DNA of 64,000 nucleotides from Nanobdellota archaeon (GTDB lineage Archaea; Nanobdellota; Nanobdellia; Pacearchaeales; GW2011-AR1): contig JBBSXC010000003.1 of the NCBI GenBank assembly GCA_038045945.1, forward strand, positions 160,001 to 224,000. Reading direction: 5' to 3'. Numbering within the stretch: the stretch's first letter is position 1; each line of letters opens with the position of its first letter. Made by a program: the position numbers and the translations under genes. Of this stretch, positions 1 to 9,067 are shown in pieces. The notes under the pieces are model-generated. The model saw only the letters and a list, made by a program, of their open reading frames with translations, was not told the origin of the DNA and ran no database searches.

Positions 1-29
1 ATGCCCTTACCTAAACCTTTATTATCCAT
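1..29 (-). CDS. 5' fragment of a gene running off the window (MDNKGLGKG...), possibly LemA-like
   Basis: ATG at 29-27 with TTTAAA about 25 nt upstream; LemA guess rests only on the usual TPM-LemA linkage. Confidence 0.3.
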
Positions 30-60
30 GATTATAATTTGATGATTATCATATTTAAAT

Positions 61-798
61 CTACCTTCCAGCTCCACCACCACCGCTAGAACCGCCACCG
101 AAACCTCCGAAACCACCACCAAATCCTCCGCCACCTCCACGAGCCATCGATCCTAAACCAAAACCAATAAGTGTACCTAAAGAACTGCTTCTAGAATGAT
201 AATAATTCTTTGGTCTAGAAACAGCACTAATAATAATGAATAAAACAATTATCACAATAATCCAAAAGATTATTCTCTTAAAATTATTACCGCCATCAGA
301 GTTTACTTTAACAGGCTCTACCCCTAAAACTAATTCGTCATGTAAAACTTCACTAAAAGTAGCTATACCTAAAGATAATTCTCCATTATCCCTGTAAGGA
401 ACATAATAGTCATCAAGCATCCTACCAACTTTAGAATCAGGTAAAACTCCCTCAAGACCATAACCAACTTCTACTTCAATACGGTTATCATCAACAGAAT
501 ACAAAATTAGCAAACCAGAATCATCTTTCTCTTTTCCAACACCCCAATAATTAAAAAGTTCTGTACGATACTGAACAGGAGTTAAGGGAGAAGTGTTTTG
601 CAAACTAACAAAAACTAGTTCATAACCAGTCTTTTGGTAAACATCCTGAAAAAGACTACTAATATAAGATGAATCATCAACTGTTAGAACAGAAGCAAAA
701 TCATTAACAAAAGAATCAACAGGCCGAGGAAAAGTTTGCGAAGAAACAACAAATGAAAAAATTATTAGGCTCACAAAAAATATCAACAACTTTTTCAT
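61..798 (-). CDS. TPM (YgcG/TLP18.3) domain membrane protein
   Basis: Signal peptide, VNDFA, WGVG..D.G.LIL, IEVEVGYGLEG.LPD, C-terminal TM and GGFGGG.SGGGGA tail. Confidence 0.9.
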   Translation of the reverse strand: MKKLLIFFVSLIIFSFVVSSQTFPRPVDSFVNDFASVLTVDDSSYISSLFQDVYQKTGYELVFVSLQNTSPLTPVQYRTELFNYWGVGKEKDDSGLLILYSVDDNRIEVEVGYGLEGVLPDSKVGRMLDDYYVPYRDNGELSLGIATFSEVLHDELVLGVEPVKVNSDGGNNFKRIIFWIIVIIVLFIIISAVSRPKNYYHSRSSSLGTLIGFGLGSMARGGGGGFGGGFGGFGGGSSGGGGAGR

Positions 799-843
799 AA
801 TACTAAGTAATTATTAACAGTTTAAATAATCAACCAAAAACAA

Positions 844-1173
844 TTATTTTATTACGTGCAGAACTCTTTGTGTAACAATCTTGGTCATTTCTAGAGTTGT
901 TTTTACTTCACTAATAGGCCTTGGTTTTTGCGGTGCTAAAAATGTTGACCTAACAGTTATTTCCGGAACCTTATCCCAAGACAATTGTTCAACTACAGTA
1001 TCATGCATTTTCTTAGTCTTCTGCTTAGCCTCATCTAAACTAACATCTGAAAGTCCATGAAGAAACATCGACATATCCATATCAATATAATCCCAAATAA
1101 GACCATTAAACTTGTAAAAACCACACTGTTCACCACTATACTCCACTTCCTTACCATGAACAATATGAATCAT
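844..1173 (-). CDS. hypothetical protein
   Basis: 109-aa ORF filling the gap; TTTAAA about 25 nt upstream. Confidence 0.6.
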   Translation of the reverse strand: MIHIVHGKEVEYSGEQCGFYKFNGLIWDYIDMDMSMFLHGLSDVSLDEAKQKTKKMHDTVVEQLSWDKVPEITVRSTFLAPQKPRPISEVKTTLEMTKIVTQRVLHVIK

Positions 1174-1270
1174 AGAATGCCTGAAAGAAAAACGGTTTAA
1201 AACATTAACTAATAACTACGTAGTGGTTACAACTAACAAGATTTATATATCTCTAAAGCTTGAGATTATC

Positions 1271-1750
1271 ATGAATAAGACGCTTGTATTAAGCATCATA
1301 ATCCTTCTATTAGCTTCAGCAAGTGTTTCTGCCATTTCCTTTTCTCAGTCCTATAATCAAGACTTAGTTAGAGTTAAAGAAAAGTGGTCTTACCAGGAGG
1401 ATACTACTGGTAAACTTAGAGGTTTCAACCTCATTCACACTTTTTCTGTCCCTAGAGAAAGAATGGAAGTAACAATCAAGGATAACACTAACACTCAAAC
1501 AACAAGCTTCAGCAGTTCTGGAAGCGGGCACATTAGCCTGGGTTCTTTTGGAAACATTCAAAGTTCCAGCCAGGCATTATCAAACGGTTTTAGCACAGGA
1601 ATTGTTGGTAGCAGTAATTTTGGAAGAGTTGGCGGAAATTTTGGTAGTGATGACGGACTAAACCAAGCTTTTGGCACCTTCAGACAAAACAACAGAGTAG
1701 CAGTAACACCAAGATACTCAAGCGGACGCTTCGTAATAGGATACTACTAA
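1271..1750 (+). CDS. secreted Ser/Gly-rich hypothetical protein
   Basis: Start moved to ATG 1271 (MNKTLVLSIIILLLASASVSA signal peptide); TTTATATA box upstream. Confidence 0.7.
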   Translation: MNKTLVLSIIILLLASASVSAISFSQSYNQDLVRVKEKWSYQEDTTGKLRGFNLIHTFSVPRERMEVTIKDNTNTQTTSFSSSGSGHISLGSFGNIQSSSQALSNGFSTGIVGSSNFGRVGGNFGSDDGLNQAFGTFRQNNRVAVTPRYSSGRFVIGYY

Positions 1751-1754
1751 AAAA

Positions 1755-2066
1755 ATGAGCGGAACATTAACAATTTATACTAGGGCACAAGCCGAAAGGT
1801 TAGCTGAAGAAAGAAGATTTGGTCTAGTAGCAAAAACTGATGATGAACTAAAAGACTTATTTCATCAAGGCAGAGAAAGAGGGGTAACAGGGCCTTGGGG
1901 GATACTATCAGCACCACAAGAATTTTATGATGGAATGGCAGCAGCAAAAATATTAGTTGACAGACACGGAGAAGATTACGTTCTAGGACTTGAGGGAAGA
2001 AGAAAACCTAAGACGATAACAGAAAAAGTTGTTTATGTACTATTTAACCATTTACCAAAAATATAG
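1755..2066 (+). CDS. hypothetical protein
   Basis: 103-aa ORF 4 nt after the previous stop. Confidence 0.6.
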   Translation: MSGTLTIYTRAQAERLAEERRFGLVAKTDDELKDLFHQGRERGVTGPWGILSAPQEFYDGMAAAKILVDRHGEDYVLGLEGRRKPKTITEKVVYVLFNHLPKI

Positions 2067-2074
2067 TATTCCAA

Positions 2075-2833
2075 CTATTTTGTCAAGACACTTTCCAATT
2101 CACTTATCACTTCTAACATTTCTGAACCATCCTGGTAGCGATTCGAAGGTTTTTCTGAAGTTGCTTTATCAATAACATTTTTTGTTTTATTATCACGATC
2201 TTGAAAATATGGCGAACGAGACATAAAATCTAAAACTTTTCCTAACTGATAAATATCATAAGAAAAAGAGATATTATCACTAGACTTGTACTCTGGCGCA
2301 GTATCATTAAGATCTAAACGTTCACGACCAGAATAAGGCCTCCTAGATGCGTCATAATCAAACATTTTTACAGTAATAATAGGAGCCATATGAACAAAAA
2401 CATTCGGCCTTCTAACATCATGATGAACAAAACCAGCATTATGAAAAAATGCTAAAGATGAAGAAATACCCTTAGCTATTTCTATAACTGTGGGAGTATT
2501 CAAGAAACATCCAAATTTTGTCATATCATAAAGAGTGTTTAAGTAAGTATAATCATAAATTTCTTCAAGTTGTCCACTTTCATTAACACTAAAATCTAAA
2601 GGAACTAAAACTCCAGGATTAGGATCACCCATTATAAGCCCCAAGAGATCTATTTGGTCTTGGTGAGCTTTCACTAATCCTCGTTTAACAACAATACCCC
2701 CACCGCCAGGCTTCTTACAAATATAAACCTCTGTAGCTTTACCAGTTTTTACTCTGCGACTAACAATAACCTCTCCAAACCTACCAGCAGTAATCTTTTC
2801 TTCAGGTTGAAGTCCAAACTCATCAAAAACCAT
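2075..2833 (-). CDS. Hanks-type Ser/Thr protein kinase-like protein
   Basis: VVK, catalytic loop HHDVRRPN, DYD in place of DFG, APE, DIYQLG; start moved to ATG 2833. Confidence 0.8.
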   Translation of the reverse strand: MVFDEFGLQPEEKITAGRFGEVIVSRRVKTGKATEVYICKKPGGGGIVVKRGLVKAHQDQIDLLGLIMGDPNPGVLVPLDFSVNESGQLEEIYDYTYLNTLYDMTKFGCFLNTPTVIEIAKGISSSLAFFHNAGFVHHDVRRPNVFVHMAPIITVKMFDYDASRRPYSGRERLDLNDTAPEYKSSDNISFSYDIYQLGKVLDFMSRSPYFQDRDNKTKNVIDKATSEKPSNRYQDGSEMLEVISELESVLTK

Positions 2834-2916
2834 AAAAAACACCCTCAAAAACACTATTAAAATATAATGTCAGTCGAATGCAAAACCTTAAAAGTCTTAA
2901 TTACTTCATCATTTTC

Positions 2917-3175
2917 GTGGACCGAGCCGGCGCGTTAGCCCTGCGCCAATTGCAAGCGGGCTTTAGGCAGGCTTAAAGGAGCCAGTGAAATAATTGCTAA
3001 AGAATCTCAAGATGGACGACGACGTTTTGTCCTACTGGATCTTGCTTTTGCAAAACGGGTCAGGCCTTGATCGGAGCAGCCCTAAACATTCGCGTAGATG
3101 CTTGTGGGGTAGCAGAACTGAGGAAGTTTTGAGGTAATTCTTTAATAATTATTAAGCAAACTCCCCGGTCCGCAC
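2917..3175 (+). ncRNA. ffs: archaeal SRP (7S) RNA
   Basis: GC-rich ORF-free island; ends pair (GTGGACCG 2917-2924 with CGGTCCGC 3166-3173); helix-8 signature GGGTCAGGCC-TTGATC-GGAGCAGCCC at 3057-3082; Alu-like GGCGC..GCGCC hairpin; TTAAAA box about 25 nt upstream. Confidence 0.85.
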
Positions 3176-3292
3176 TTCTATAAATCTTAAAAAAAAACTT
3201 ATGGCTTTTTTAGGCATAAAAAAATTTTCTTGAATTTCAGAAGCTTTAAAAGGGGAGATTTCGCAAGTAAATCTCCCAAAAGGAACAAAAAA

Positions 3293-3646
3293 ATGACAAC
3301 GATTAAAGGATACTTAGGATGCGGAATATCAAGGTATAATGCAGCAGGAATAGCAGTTAGTCACAACTTTAGAGAAGAATCATTCTTAGAAGGATTGCTA
3401 TTAAGAAATGATGAAGCAAAACAAGAACACGGGCCAGTAATGTACGATGTCTATATTAGTAAAACAAGACATGAAGTGCCAGAAAGACTAGTGGAAGCAG
3501 GAGTTTGTAGCTTGTCAAGACTAGGAAAACTATCAGAATTAACAAAAAGACTACCAGACCACCATGTAAAGATGCCAAAAGAAGTAAGACTAATAAGAGA
3601 TATAGAAAAGCCTAGAAGAGTAAAAATATACATGAGCAAAGACTAA
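3293..3646 (+). CDS. hypothetical protein
   Basis: ATG 3293 preferred over upstream TTG. Confidence 0.6.
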   Translation: MTTIKGYLGCGISRYNAAGIAVSHNFREESFLEGLLLRNDEAKQEHGPVMYDVYISKTRHEVPERLVEAGVCSLSRLGKLSELTKRLPDHHVKMPKEVRLIRDIEKPRRVKIYMSKD

Positions 3647-3691
3647 CACTTCTTGAAAAGATTTAATAACCTAAGAACTATTATTTAATTA

Positions 3692-3970
3692 ATGAGTTTA
3701 GAAAAGAGGTTTGGAAGCGAATTAAAGATTAATGAAGGAGACTTAGCAATTCTAGAAATGAATGACGGATCAATAATACTTGGGAGATATAGATCAGAAG
3801 ATAAGTCTAGAAGGCAAGACAACATGTACGTGGATAGTATCGTAATAAAAGATGGAGAAAGAAATCGTTATAACAGACTTCAAGACTGTAAAAGGTTAAG
3901 AGTTAGAGAAGTTGAATCAATAACGATGCTTTCTGAAAGCACGACCTACACGCCAAGAGTTAGAGGATGA
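3692..3970 (+). CDS. small hypothetical protein, possibly Sm/SH3-like beta barrel
   Basis: GDLAILEMNDGSIILGRY resembles an Sm1-type motif; own TTTAATAA box. Confidence 0.55.
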   Translation: MSLEKRFGSELKINEGDLAILEMNDGSIILGRYRSEDKSRRQDNMYVDSIVIKDGERNRYNRLQDCKRLRVREVESITMLSESTTYTPRVRG

Positions 3971-4003
3971 AACATTTATAACTAATTCTTTACTAATTTA
4001 TTA

Positions 4004-4573
4004 ATGATGAAGAGGTGGAGTTACGCAAACAAGAGAGGACAATTCTTTCTGCTAGCAGCAGTAATAATAATTACAGGAATAGTCGCAATAGCATCAATAA
4101 AAACATTTGTTAGCGAACCAGCAAGCAACACTCAAGAAAGAGTATACGACTTATCACAAGAATTAGGTTACGAAAGCGCAAAAGTCATAGATTACGGAGT
4201 GTACAACGGAGCATACACAGAAACACTCATGAATTCCTGGATAGAAACATACACAAACTACACTAGAGACAGGGAAGGAATAACAGAATGGTTATTCGTT
4301 TACGGAAACTCCAGCGAAATAAAAATAATAAACTTCACAGCCCAAGAAAAAGGAGAAGTAAACCTGAACTTAGGTGATGAAAGAATAGCATCAAAAGCAA
4401 AAAAAGAATTAAAAAGAGGAGATGAGAAGAAAACACCAACAGGGAAAATAGTAAGCGTTAAAGACACATTAGGAATTGAAAGAGAATTCACACTAACACA
4501 AGGAGAAAACTTTTATTTTGTAGTAGCAAAAATAGATAAAGAGGGAACAGTAATAAACCAAAAGGACAAATGA
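4004..4573 (+). CDS. archaeal type IV pilin-like protein
   Basis: Class III signal KRG|QFFLLAAVIII followed by hydrophobic helix. Confidence 0.8.
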   Translation: MMKRWSYANKRGQFFLLAAVIIITGIVAIASIKTFVSEPASNTQERVYDLSQELGYESAKVIDYGVYNGAYTETLMNSWIETYTNYTRDREGITEWLFVYGNSSEIKIINFTAQEKGEVNLNLGDERIASKAKKELKRGDEKKTPTGKIVSVKDTLGIEREFTLTQGENFYFVVAKIDKEGTVINQKDK

Positions 4574-5100
4574 TAAAAAATAACCTAAAGGTCATGAACA
4601 AAAAAGGGCTGAGCGAAGTTGTAGGATACGTACTACTAATAGCAATAGCAATATCACTAAGCATAGTAGTATACTCATTCATGAAAAGTTATGTGCCAAA
4701 AGAATCAACAAGCGATTGCCCAAGCGGAACAAGCATGATAATAGCAGACTATAAGTGCGACACAACAAAAAAAGTGTTAAATTTAACATTACAAAACAAA
4801 GGACTCTTCGACATTGATGGATTCATAATAAGAATATCAGTAGTTGATGATGGAGAAAACATACCAAGTAAAGAATTATCATACAATAACGGAACAGAAA
4901 ACGTAAAAACATCAGTAATGTATTTTGATACATTATCAGACTTAACACTACACCCATCACAAAAATTTAATAGGTTATACAACTACTCAGAATACGCAAA
5001 CATTAACAAAATACAAATAATACCACTAAAACTTTACAAAGGAGAAAACCTACTTTGTGGAGGAGCGCAAATAATGCAAAACATGGAAGGATGCCAATAA
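4570..5100 (+). CDS. archaeal type IV pilin
   Basis: KKG|LSEVVGYVLLIAI, LQNKG motif, Cys pairs; ATGA overlap with previous gene. Confidence 0.88.
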   Translation: MIKNNLKVMNKKGLSEVVGYVLLIAIAISLSIVVYSFMKSYVPKESTSDCPSGTSMIIADYKCDTTKKVLNLTLQNKGLFDIDGFIIRISVVDDGENIPSKELSYNNGTENVKTSVMYFDTLSDLTLHPSQKFNRLYNYSEYANINKIQIIPLKLYKGENLLCGGAQIMQNMEGCQ

Positions 5101-5137
5101 AAAGAGTTATAAAACAAGAAACATTAACAAAAAAGTC

Positions 5138-5554
5138 ATGATGAACAACAAAAGGGGTATAACACCAGTCATAGCAACAATTCTACTAATAGCAATAGTA
5201 GTGATAGTAATAGCAATAATATTCTTTTGGAGTAAAAACTTCATTAAAGAAAGCGTGCAAAAAAAAGGACTCCCCGCAGAACAAGTATGCTCACAAATAA
5301 AACTACAAAAATCATGTTCGGACGGAACAATGACCATAGTAAACTTAGGAAACATACCAGTATACCAGTTTGACGTGAAGAAAAACTTAGGAAGTAAAAC
5401 AATAATACAACACTCAGAAGACTCATTAGGAATAGGAGAAAGTATAGAGTTCGACATTGGAGAATGCCCTGAAAACTACAAAATCATACCAGCAATACTT
5501 GGAGACGTAAGCGGCGGAAAAACAATCTATAGTTGCGTAAATAACGAATTCTAA
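5138..5554 (+). CDS. archaeal type IV pilin
   Basis: KRG|ITPVIATILLIAIV, N.GN motif. Confidence 0.9.
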   Translation: MMNNKRGITPVIATILLIAIVVIVIAIIFFWSKNFIKESVQKKGLPAEQVCSQIKLQKSCSDGTMTIVNLGNIPVYQFDVKKNLGSKTIIQHSEDSLGIGESIEFDIGECPENYKIIPAILGDVSGGKTIYSCVNNEF

Positions 5555-5630
5555 AAACCTTTATAAACATAAAAATTTCTCTTAAAATTTTGTGGCTTAA
5601 AAATCCAAACTGCGAAGGATTTTTAAATAA
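5553..5630. repeat. palindromic intergenic element, copy 1, followed by TATA box
   Basis: AAAAACCTTTATAAACATAAAAATTTCTCTTAAAATTTTGTGGCTTAAAAATCCAAAC; near-identical at 6311-6380, core also at 21855-21907. Confidence 0.8.
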
Positions 5631-5634
5631 CACT

Positions 5635-5772
5635 TTAGTAATAGATAGTATGAGGATGAATAACAAAAAGGGGGTTTCGACAATAGTCACAGTTGTTCTA
5701 TTGATACTAGTATCAATAACAGCAGTAGCACTAATAGCAGCATTCGTAGTACCATTCATTAAAGGAAGCTTA
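5635..5772 (+). repeat. 138-bp exact direct repeat, copy 1 (pilin leader and N-terminal helix)
   Basis: Base-for-base identical to 6385-6522 (offset 750). Confidence 0.95.
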
Positions 5773-6195
5773 TCAGAAAGTCAAGAATGCTTCTCAGCAC
5801 TAGGAAAAGTAGAAGTAGTGCAAGGAGACTACACAGGCTACAACTCAGAAAAAGGAGAAACATACGTTAGAATAAAAAGAGGATTCTCCGAAGACATAGA
5901 AGTACAGAGTTTAGCAGTGGTACTAGCAGGCGGTGGAAAGAGTAAGAGATATGACATAACACCAAGAGATGCTATAGCAGTAGGAAGTCCATCAGAAATA
6001 GTAGGAGAATGGGTTAATGATACGGACTCAGGATTTAGGAACAGCTTAAGCTTACCAGCAGAAGGAGAAGAAAACACTTATGCATTCAACGTAGCAGGCG
6101 ACTTAACAGAAGTTGACTCAGTACAAGTGTCTCCAGTTCTAGCAAGCGATAAGATTTGTGAAGCAACAATTGCCAAAATCCCCACTTACGCATAA
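5650..6195 (+). CDS. archaeal type IV pilin, paralog A
   Basis: MRMNNKKG|VSTIVTVVLLILV; start set at 5650 by identity with paralog B. Confidence 0.9.
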   Translation: MRMNNKKGVSTIVTVVLLILVSITAVALIAAFVVPFIKGSLSESQECFSALGKVEVVQGDYTGYNSEKGETYVRIKRGFSEDIEVQSLAVVLAGGGKSKRYDITPRDAIAVGSPSEIVGEWVNDTDSGFRNSLSLPAEGEENTYAFNVAGDLTEVDSVQVSPVLASDKICEATIAKIPTYA

Positions 6196-6200
6196 AGAAG

Positions 6201-6230
6201 GAAAACAAAAAATTTTTATTTTTTTATTTT
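6201..6230 (+). terminator. putative A-tract/T-tract terminator
   Basis: AAAACAAAAAATTTTTATTTTTTT after pilin stop; similar motif after 6915 and, on the minus strand, after dsbA near 26575-26600. Confidence 0.55.
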
Positions 6231-6310
6231 AATGTTTTCTAAAAGAAAAAGAGAAGGAAGAACGATAAGAACAGATAATTCTAATAATAGTAATTGTAAG
6301 CAAACATATC

Positions 6311-6380
6311 AAAAACCTTTATAAACATCAAAATTTCTCAAAAATTTTGTGGCTTAAAAATACAAAGGATTTTTAAATAA
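6311..6380. repeat. palindromic intergenic element, copy 2, followed by TATA box
   Basis: CAAAATTT-CTCAA-AAATTTTG inverted repeat then TGGCTTAAAAAT; matches 5553-5630. Confidence 0.8.
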
Positions 6381-6384
6381 GTAA

Positions 6385-6522
6385 TTAGTAATAGATAGTA
6401 TGAGGATGAATAACAAAAAGGGGGTTTCGACAATAGTCACAGTTGTTCTATTGATACTAGTATCAATAACAGCAGTAGCACTAATAGCAGCATTCGTAGT
6501 ACCATTCATTAAAGGAAGCTTA
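6385..6522 (+). repeat. 138-bp exact direct repeat, copy 2
   Basis: Identical to 5635-5772. Confidence 0.95.
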
Positions 6523-6915
6523 AGCCAAAGTAATGAGTGTTACGCGACTTTAGGAAAAGTTGACGTGGTGGCTGGAAGTAACACATGCTTTGATGCAACA
6601 ACGAACACAGTTAGAGTTAACATAAAGAAAGGATTCGTTGAAGGGTCAGAGATAAAAGCAGTAGCAGTTGTTCTTTCAGGAGATGGTAAGAGTAAGAGAT
6701 ACGATGTATCAAACGGCGGCATGTCAGCAAACATAAGAGAACTGTCAGGAAGCTATAATACAGCTTTATCCTTGCCAGCAGACGGTGAATCAAACACTTA
6801 CGTCTTTAATGTTACTGATGCAGGAATGACTGTTGTATATGCGGAAGTTTCTCCAATCTTATCAAGCGATAAGGTTTGTGAAGCAGCTAAAGCAGAAATC
6901 CCTACTTGCGCATAA
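6400..6915 (+). CDS. archaeal type IV pilin, paralog B
   Basis: First 41 aa identical to paralog A; divergent head with shared GKSKRYD, LSLPA.GE.NTY, SP.L.SDK.CEA. Confidence 0.9.
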   Translation: MRMNNKKGVSTIVTVVLLILVSITAVALIAAFVVPFIKGSLSQSNECYATLGKVDVVAGSNTCFDATTNTVRVNIKKGFVEGSEIKAVAVVLSGDGKSKRYDVSNGGMSANIRELSGSYNTALSLPADGESNTYVFNVTDAGMTVVYAEVSPILSSDKVCEAAKAEIPTCA

Positions 6916-7003
6916 AGAGAACAAAAAATTTTATTTTTTTATTCTTTAAAATTTTTATTTTTATATTTTTGAGGAAAATGAAAGGAATGATCTAATTGCA
7001 AAT

Positions 7004-7561
7004 ATGGAAAATAACCTAAAGGTCACAAGCAAAAAAGGACAAGTATGGATAGAAACAGTGATTTACTTACTTATCGGCCTAGGAGTAATAGGAGTATTAT
7101 TAGCATTCATAAAACCTCAAATTGACGAAGCAATTGACAAAAACATAATAGAAAAAAGCATAGACTCACTAAACAAGATCGACTCACTAATAAGCGAAAT
7201 ATCATACGTACCAGGAAATTCTAGAACAATAATACTAGCACTAAAAAAAGGATCATTATTCATAAACACCACAGCAGATACCATAAAGATAACAGTACCA
7301 AACAGTAAGCACGAATACAGCGAAATAGGAAGAACAATAGAAATACCAGGAACAAGAATACAAGCATTAACAAACAAAACAGGAGAAGTAACAACAATAT
7401 CACTAGTAATGAACTATAACATAACAACAAACATAACACACAACGAAAGAGAAGAAAACGCAGAATTCAAAGCAAGCGAAACATCATACAACCTAATAGT
7501 AAGAAACCTAGGAAGCGAAAACAGAATAATAAACATAGACTTTACAATACCAGGACAATAA
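7004..7561 (+). CDS. archaeal type IV pilin-like protein
   Basis: KKG|QVWIETVIYLLIG with Glu at +5. Confidence 0.85.
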   Translation: MENNLKVTSKKGQVWIETVIYLLIGLGVIGVLLAFIKPQIDEAIDKNIIEKSIDSLNKIDSLISEISYVPGNSRTIILALKKGSLFINTTADTIKITVPNSKHEYSEIGRTIEIPGTRIQALTNKTGEVTTISLVMNYNITTNITHNEREENAEFKASETSYNLIVRNLGSENRIINIDFTIPGQ

Positions 7562-7568
7562 AAAAAGT

Positions 7569-7946
7569 TTAGTGAGAACCATTAGCAGTCAAATAATTAA
7601 CAATATTCCAAAAACCATCATTTCTGTAAGGAACAACACCAAAATCAGCAAGAGAGAGCTTAAGAACAGGACGATCAGAAGCAACTACTCCAGGAGGATC
7701 ATCCAACCTATGAATACCACTAGGAGTAACAATAATCTGATCACCATCTAATGAATCAAGAACAAAGGTAAAATCAGTACCACTAACATCACAATAAGCA
7801 TGATAAGCCTTACTAGGAACCAAATCATCCTTTCTCAAAACTTGATTAGAAGATCTAACACGACGATCTGAAGAATAAAGAGTAACTGCAGGAGAACCTT
7901 CTAAACAACCACAAAAATCATCCTGAAGACCAAAGCGTCTAGCCAT
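7569..7946 (-). CDS. hypothetical protein
   Basis: ATG 7946 lies about 25 nt downstream of TTTAAA. Confidence 0.6.
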   Translation of the reverse strand: MARRFGLQDDFCGCLEGSPAVTLYSSDRRVRSSNQVLRKDDLVPSKAYHAYCDVSGTDFTFVLDSLDGDQIIVTPSGIHRLDDPPGVVASDRPVLKLSLADFGVVPYRNDGFWNIVNYLTANGSH

Positions 7947-8014
7947 TAAAAAAAATGAAATGATAATCATTTAAAGATGTCGGCAATGAAGGGCAATAAT
8001 TAAAATATTGGTAT

Positions 8015-8431
8015 TTAGAACTCTCTGAACCTACAGTTTCCCGTATGTCCATAAATCTCTAAGAGCAGAGATTTGTTAGAACCAAAATGTGCTGAAAAGC
8101 TCTCTACAGTTTCCTTAAGCTTGGATTCAATTTCTTTAATTATCTCAAATCCTTGCTTAGGCTTAGCTAGATTATTAGAAAGATGCGCAAAAGGCACGAT
8201 AACAGCTTTATTTCTATTTACATCCTTACAAGTCTTAATTATCTCACTTACAATACCATCTACTGCTTTAATCCCATCTCCTTCTTCAACCGTGATAAAT
8301 ACAACAACACAGTCTGTACATTCTTGTTTCTCTTTTCCATTTACTTCCTCATGAAATATCTCTTTAGGCCTATTAGCCAAACTATCAAATTCAACACCGA
8401 AATTCTTAGCATTGACAATTAATGATTTCAT
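8015..8431 (-). CDS. stand-alone archaeal-type threonyl-tRNA synthetase editing domain (DTD-like fold)
   Basis: VFITVEEGD, PFAHLSNNLAKP, HFG..K, GH motifs match the archaeal ThrRS N-terminal editing domain; ORF ends with the domain. Confidence 0.85.
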   Translation of the reverse strand: MKSLIVNAKNFGVEFDSLANRPKEIFHEEVNGKEKQECTDCVVVFITVEEGDGIKAVDGIVSEIIKTCKDVNRNKAVIVPFAHLSNNLAKPKQGFEIIKEIESKLKETVESFSAHFGSNKSLLLEIYGHTGNCRFREF

Positions 8432-8991
8432 GGCCTATTCTGTAGTTTTCTTTTCATTACTACAGGTACTGACTGTGGATCACGAATGAATGAGGCAACA
8501 TCCTCTAAGAAAACCTTAGCACTGCGCGGATTTCCATCTTGATACTTAGAAAAAATCCCTCCAAAAAAAGCTTTATGTCGGTCATCTCTTTGCAAAGTAA
8601 CTTCTAATTCACGCCTAGGAGTACACCATCTTCTCATAACAAACTCTTGATAGGCCATATAATTAGTATTAGATGGCCCATTGAATCCTCCCAAGATCAC
8701 TAACACACTTGGTACATCATCATACATTTCTTGGGCCTCACAAAATTTTGCAACATCGACCTGATTACCATCACGGCTTTTATACTCCACACCTATCTTA
8801 ATAAAACGATCATTACATCCAGGGCCACAGTTGTAGTAATCAACACCCATGAGGCTAAAACCGGCTAGTATACGTTTCTCACACACAAGAGAACCTTTGC
8901 CATCTGGTTTCCACTCTTCCATCCTCTTCTCAATAATCTTAGCTAAACCACCAAGGACTTCTCTTGCGTCATTCTTTTCGTTCGTTTTCAT
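8428..8991 (-). CDS. hypothetical protein, possible PD-(D/E)xK nuclease fold
   Basis: GVD...IGVEYKS pattern; ATGA-coupled to the editing-domain gene. Confidence 0.5.
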   Translation of the reverse strand: MKTNEKNDAREVLGGLAKIIEKRMEEWKPDGKGSLVCEKRILAGFSLMGVDYYNCGPGCNDRFIKIGVEYKSRDGNQVDVAKFCEAQEMYDDVPSVLVILGGFNGPSNTNYMAYQEFVMRRWCTPRRELEVTLQRDDRHKAFFGGIFSKYQDGNPRSAKVFLEDVASFIRDPQSVPVVMKRKLQNRP

Positions 8992-9067
8992 TACTTCCTC
9001 AAGAACACTCTATTGATTAAACTTATTACTACCTTATTTGTCAAAAGGGAAGATTTAAATACATATT

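Noticed and set aside
61-140. GC-rich CCACC/CCGCC repeats as a DNA repeat or RNA element
   Set aside because: They encode the Gly-rich tail typical of TPM proteins.
3119-3132. GAGGAAGTT motif suggesting RNase P RNA
   Set aside because: It lies near the 3' end of the GC-rich island with no matching P4 partner downstream; terminal pairing and the CAGG/AGCA helix 8 fit SRP RNA.
5635-6915. Diversity-generating retroelement (TR/VR) explanation for the pilin repeat
   Set aside because: No reverse transcriptase in the window; the repeat is identical, and the differences elsewhere are not adenine-specific and include indels.
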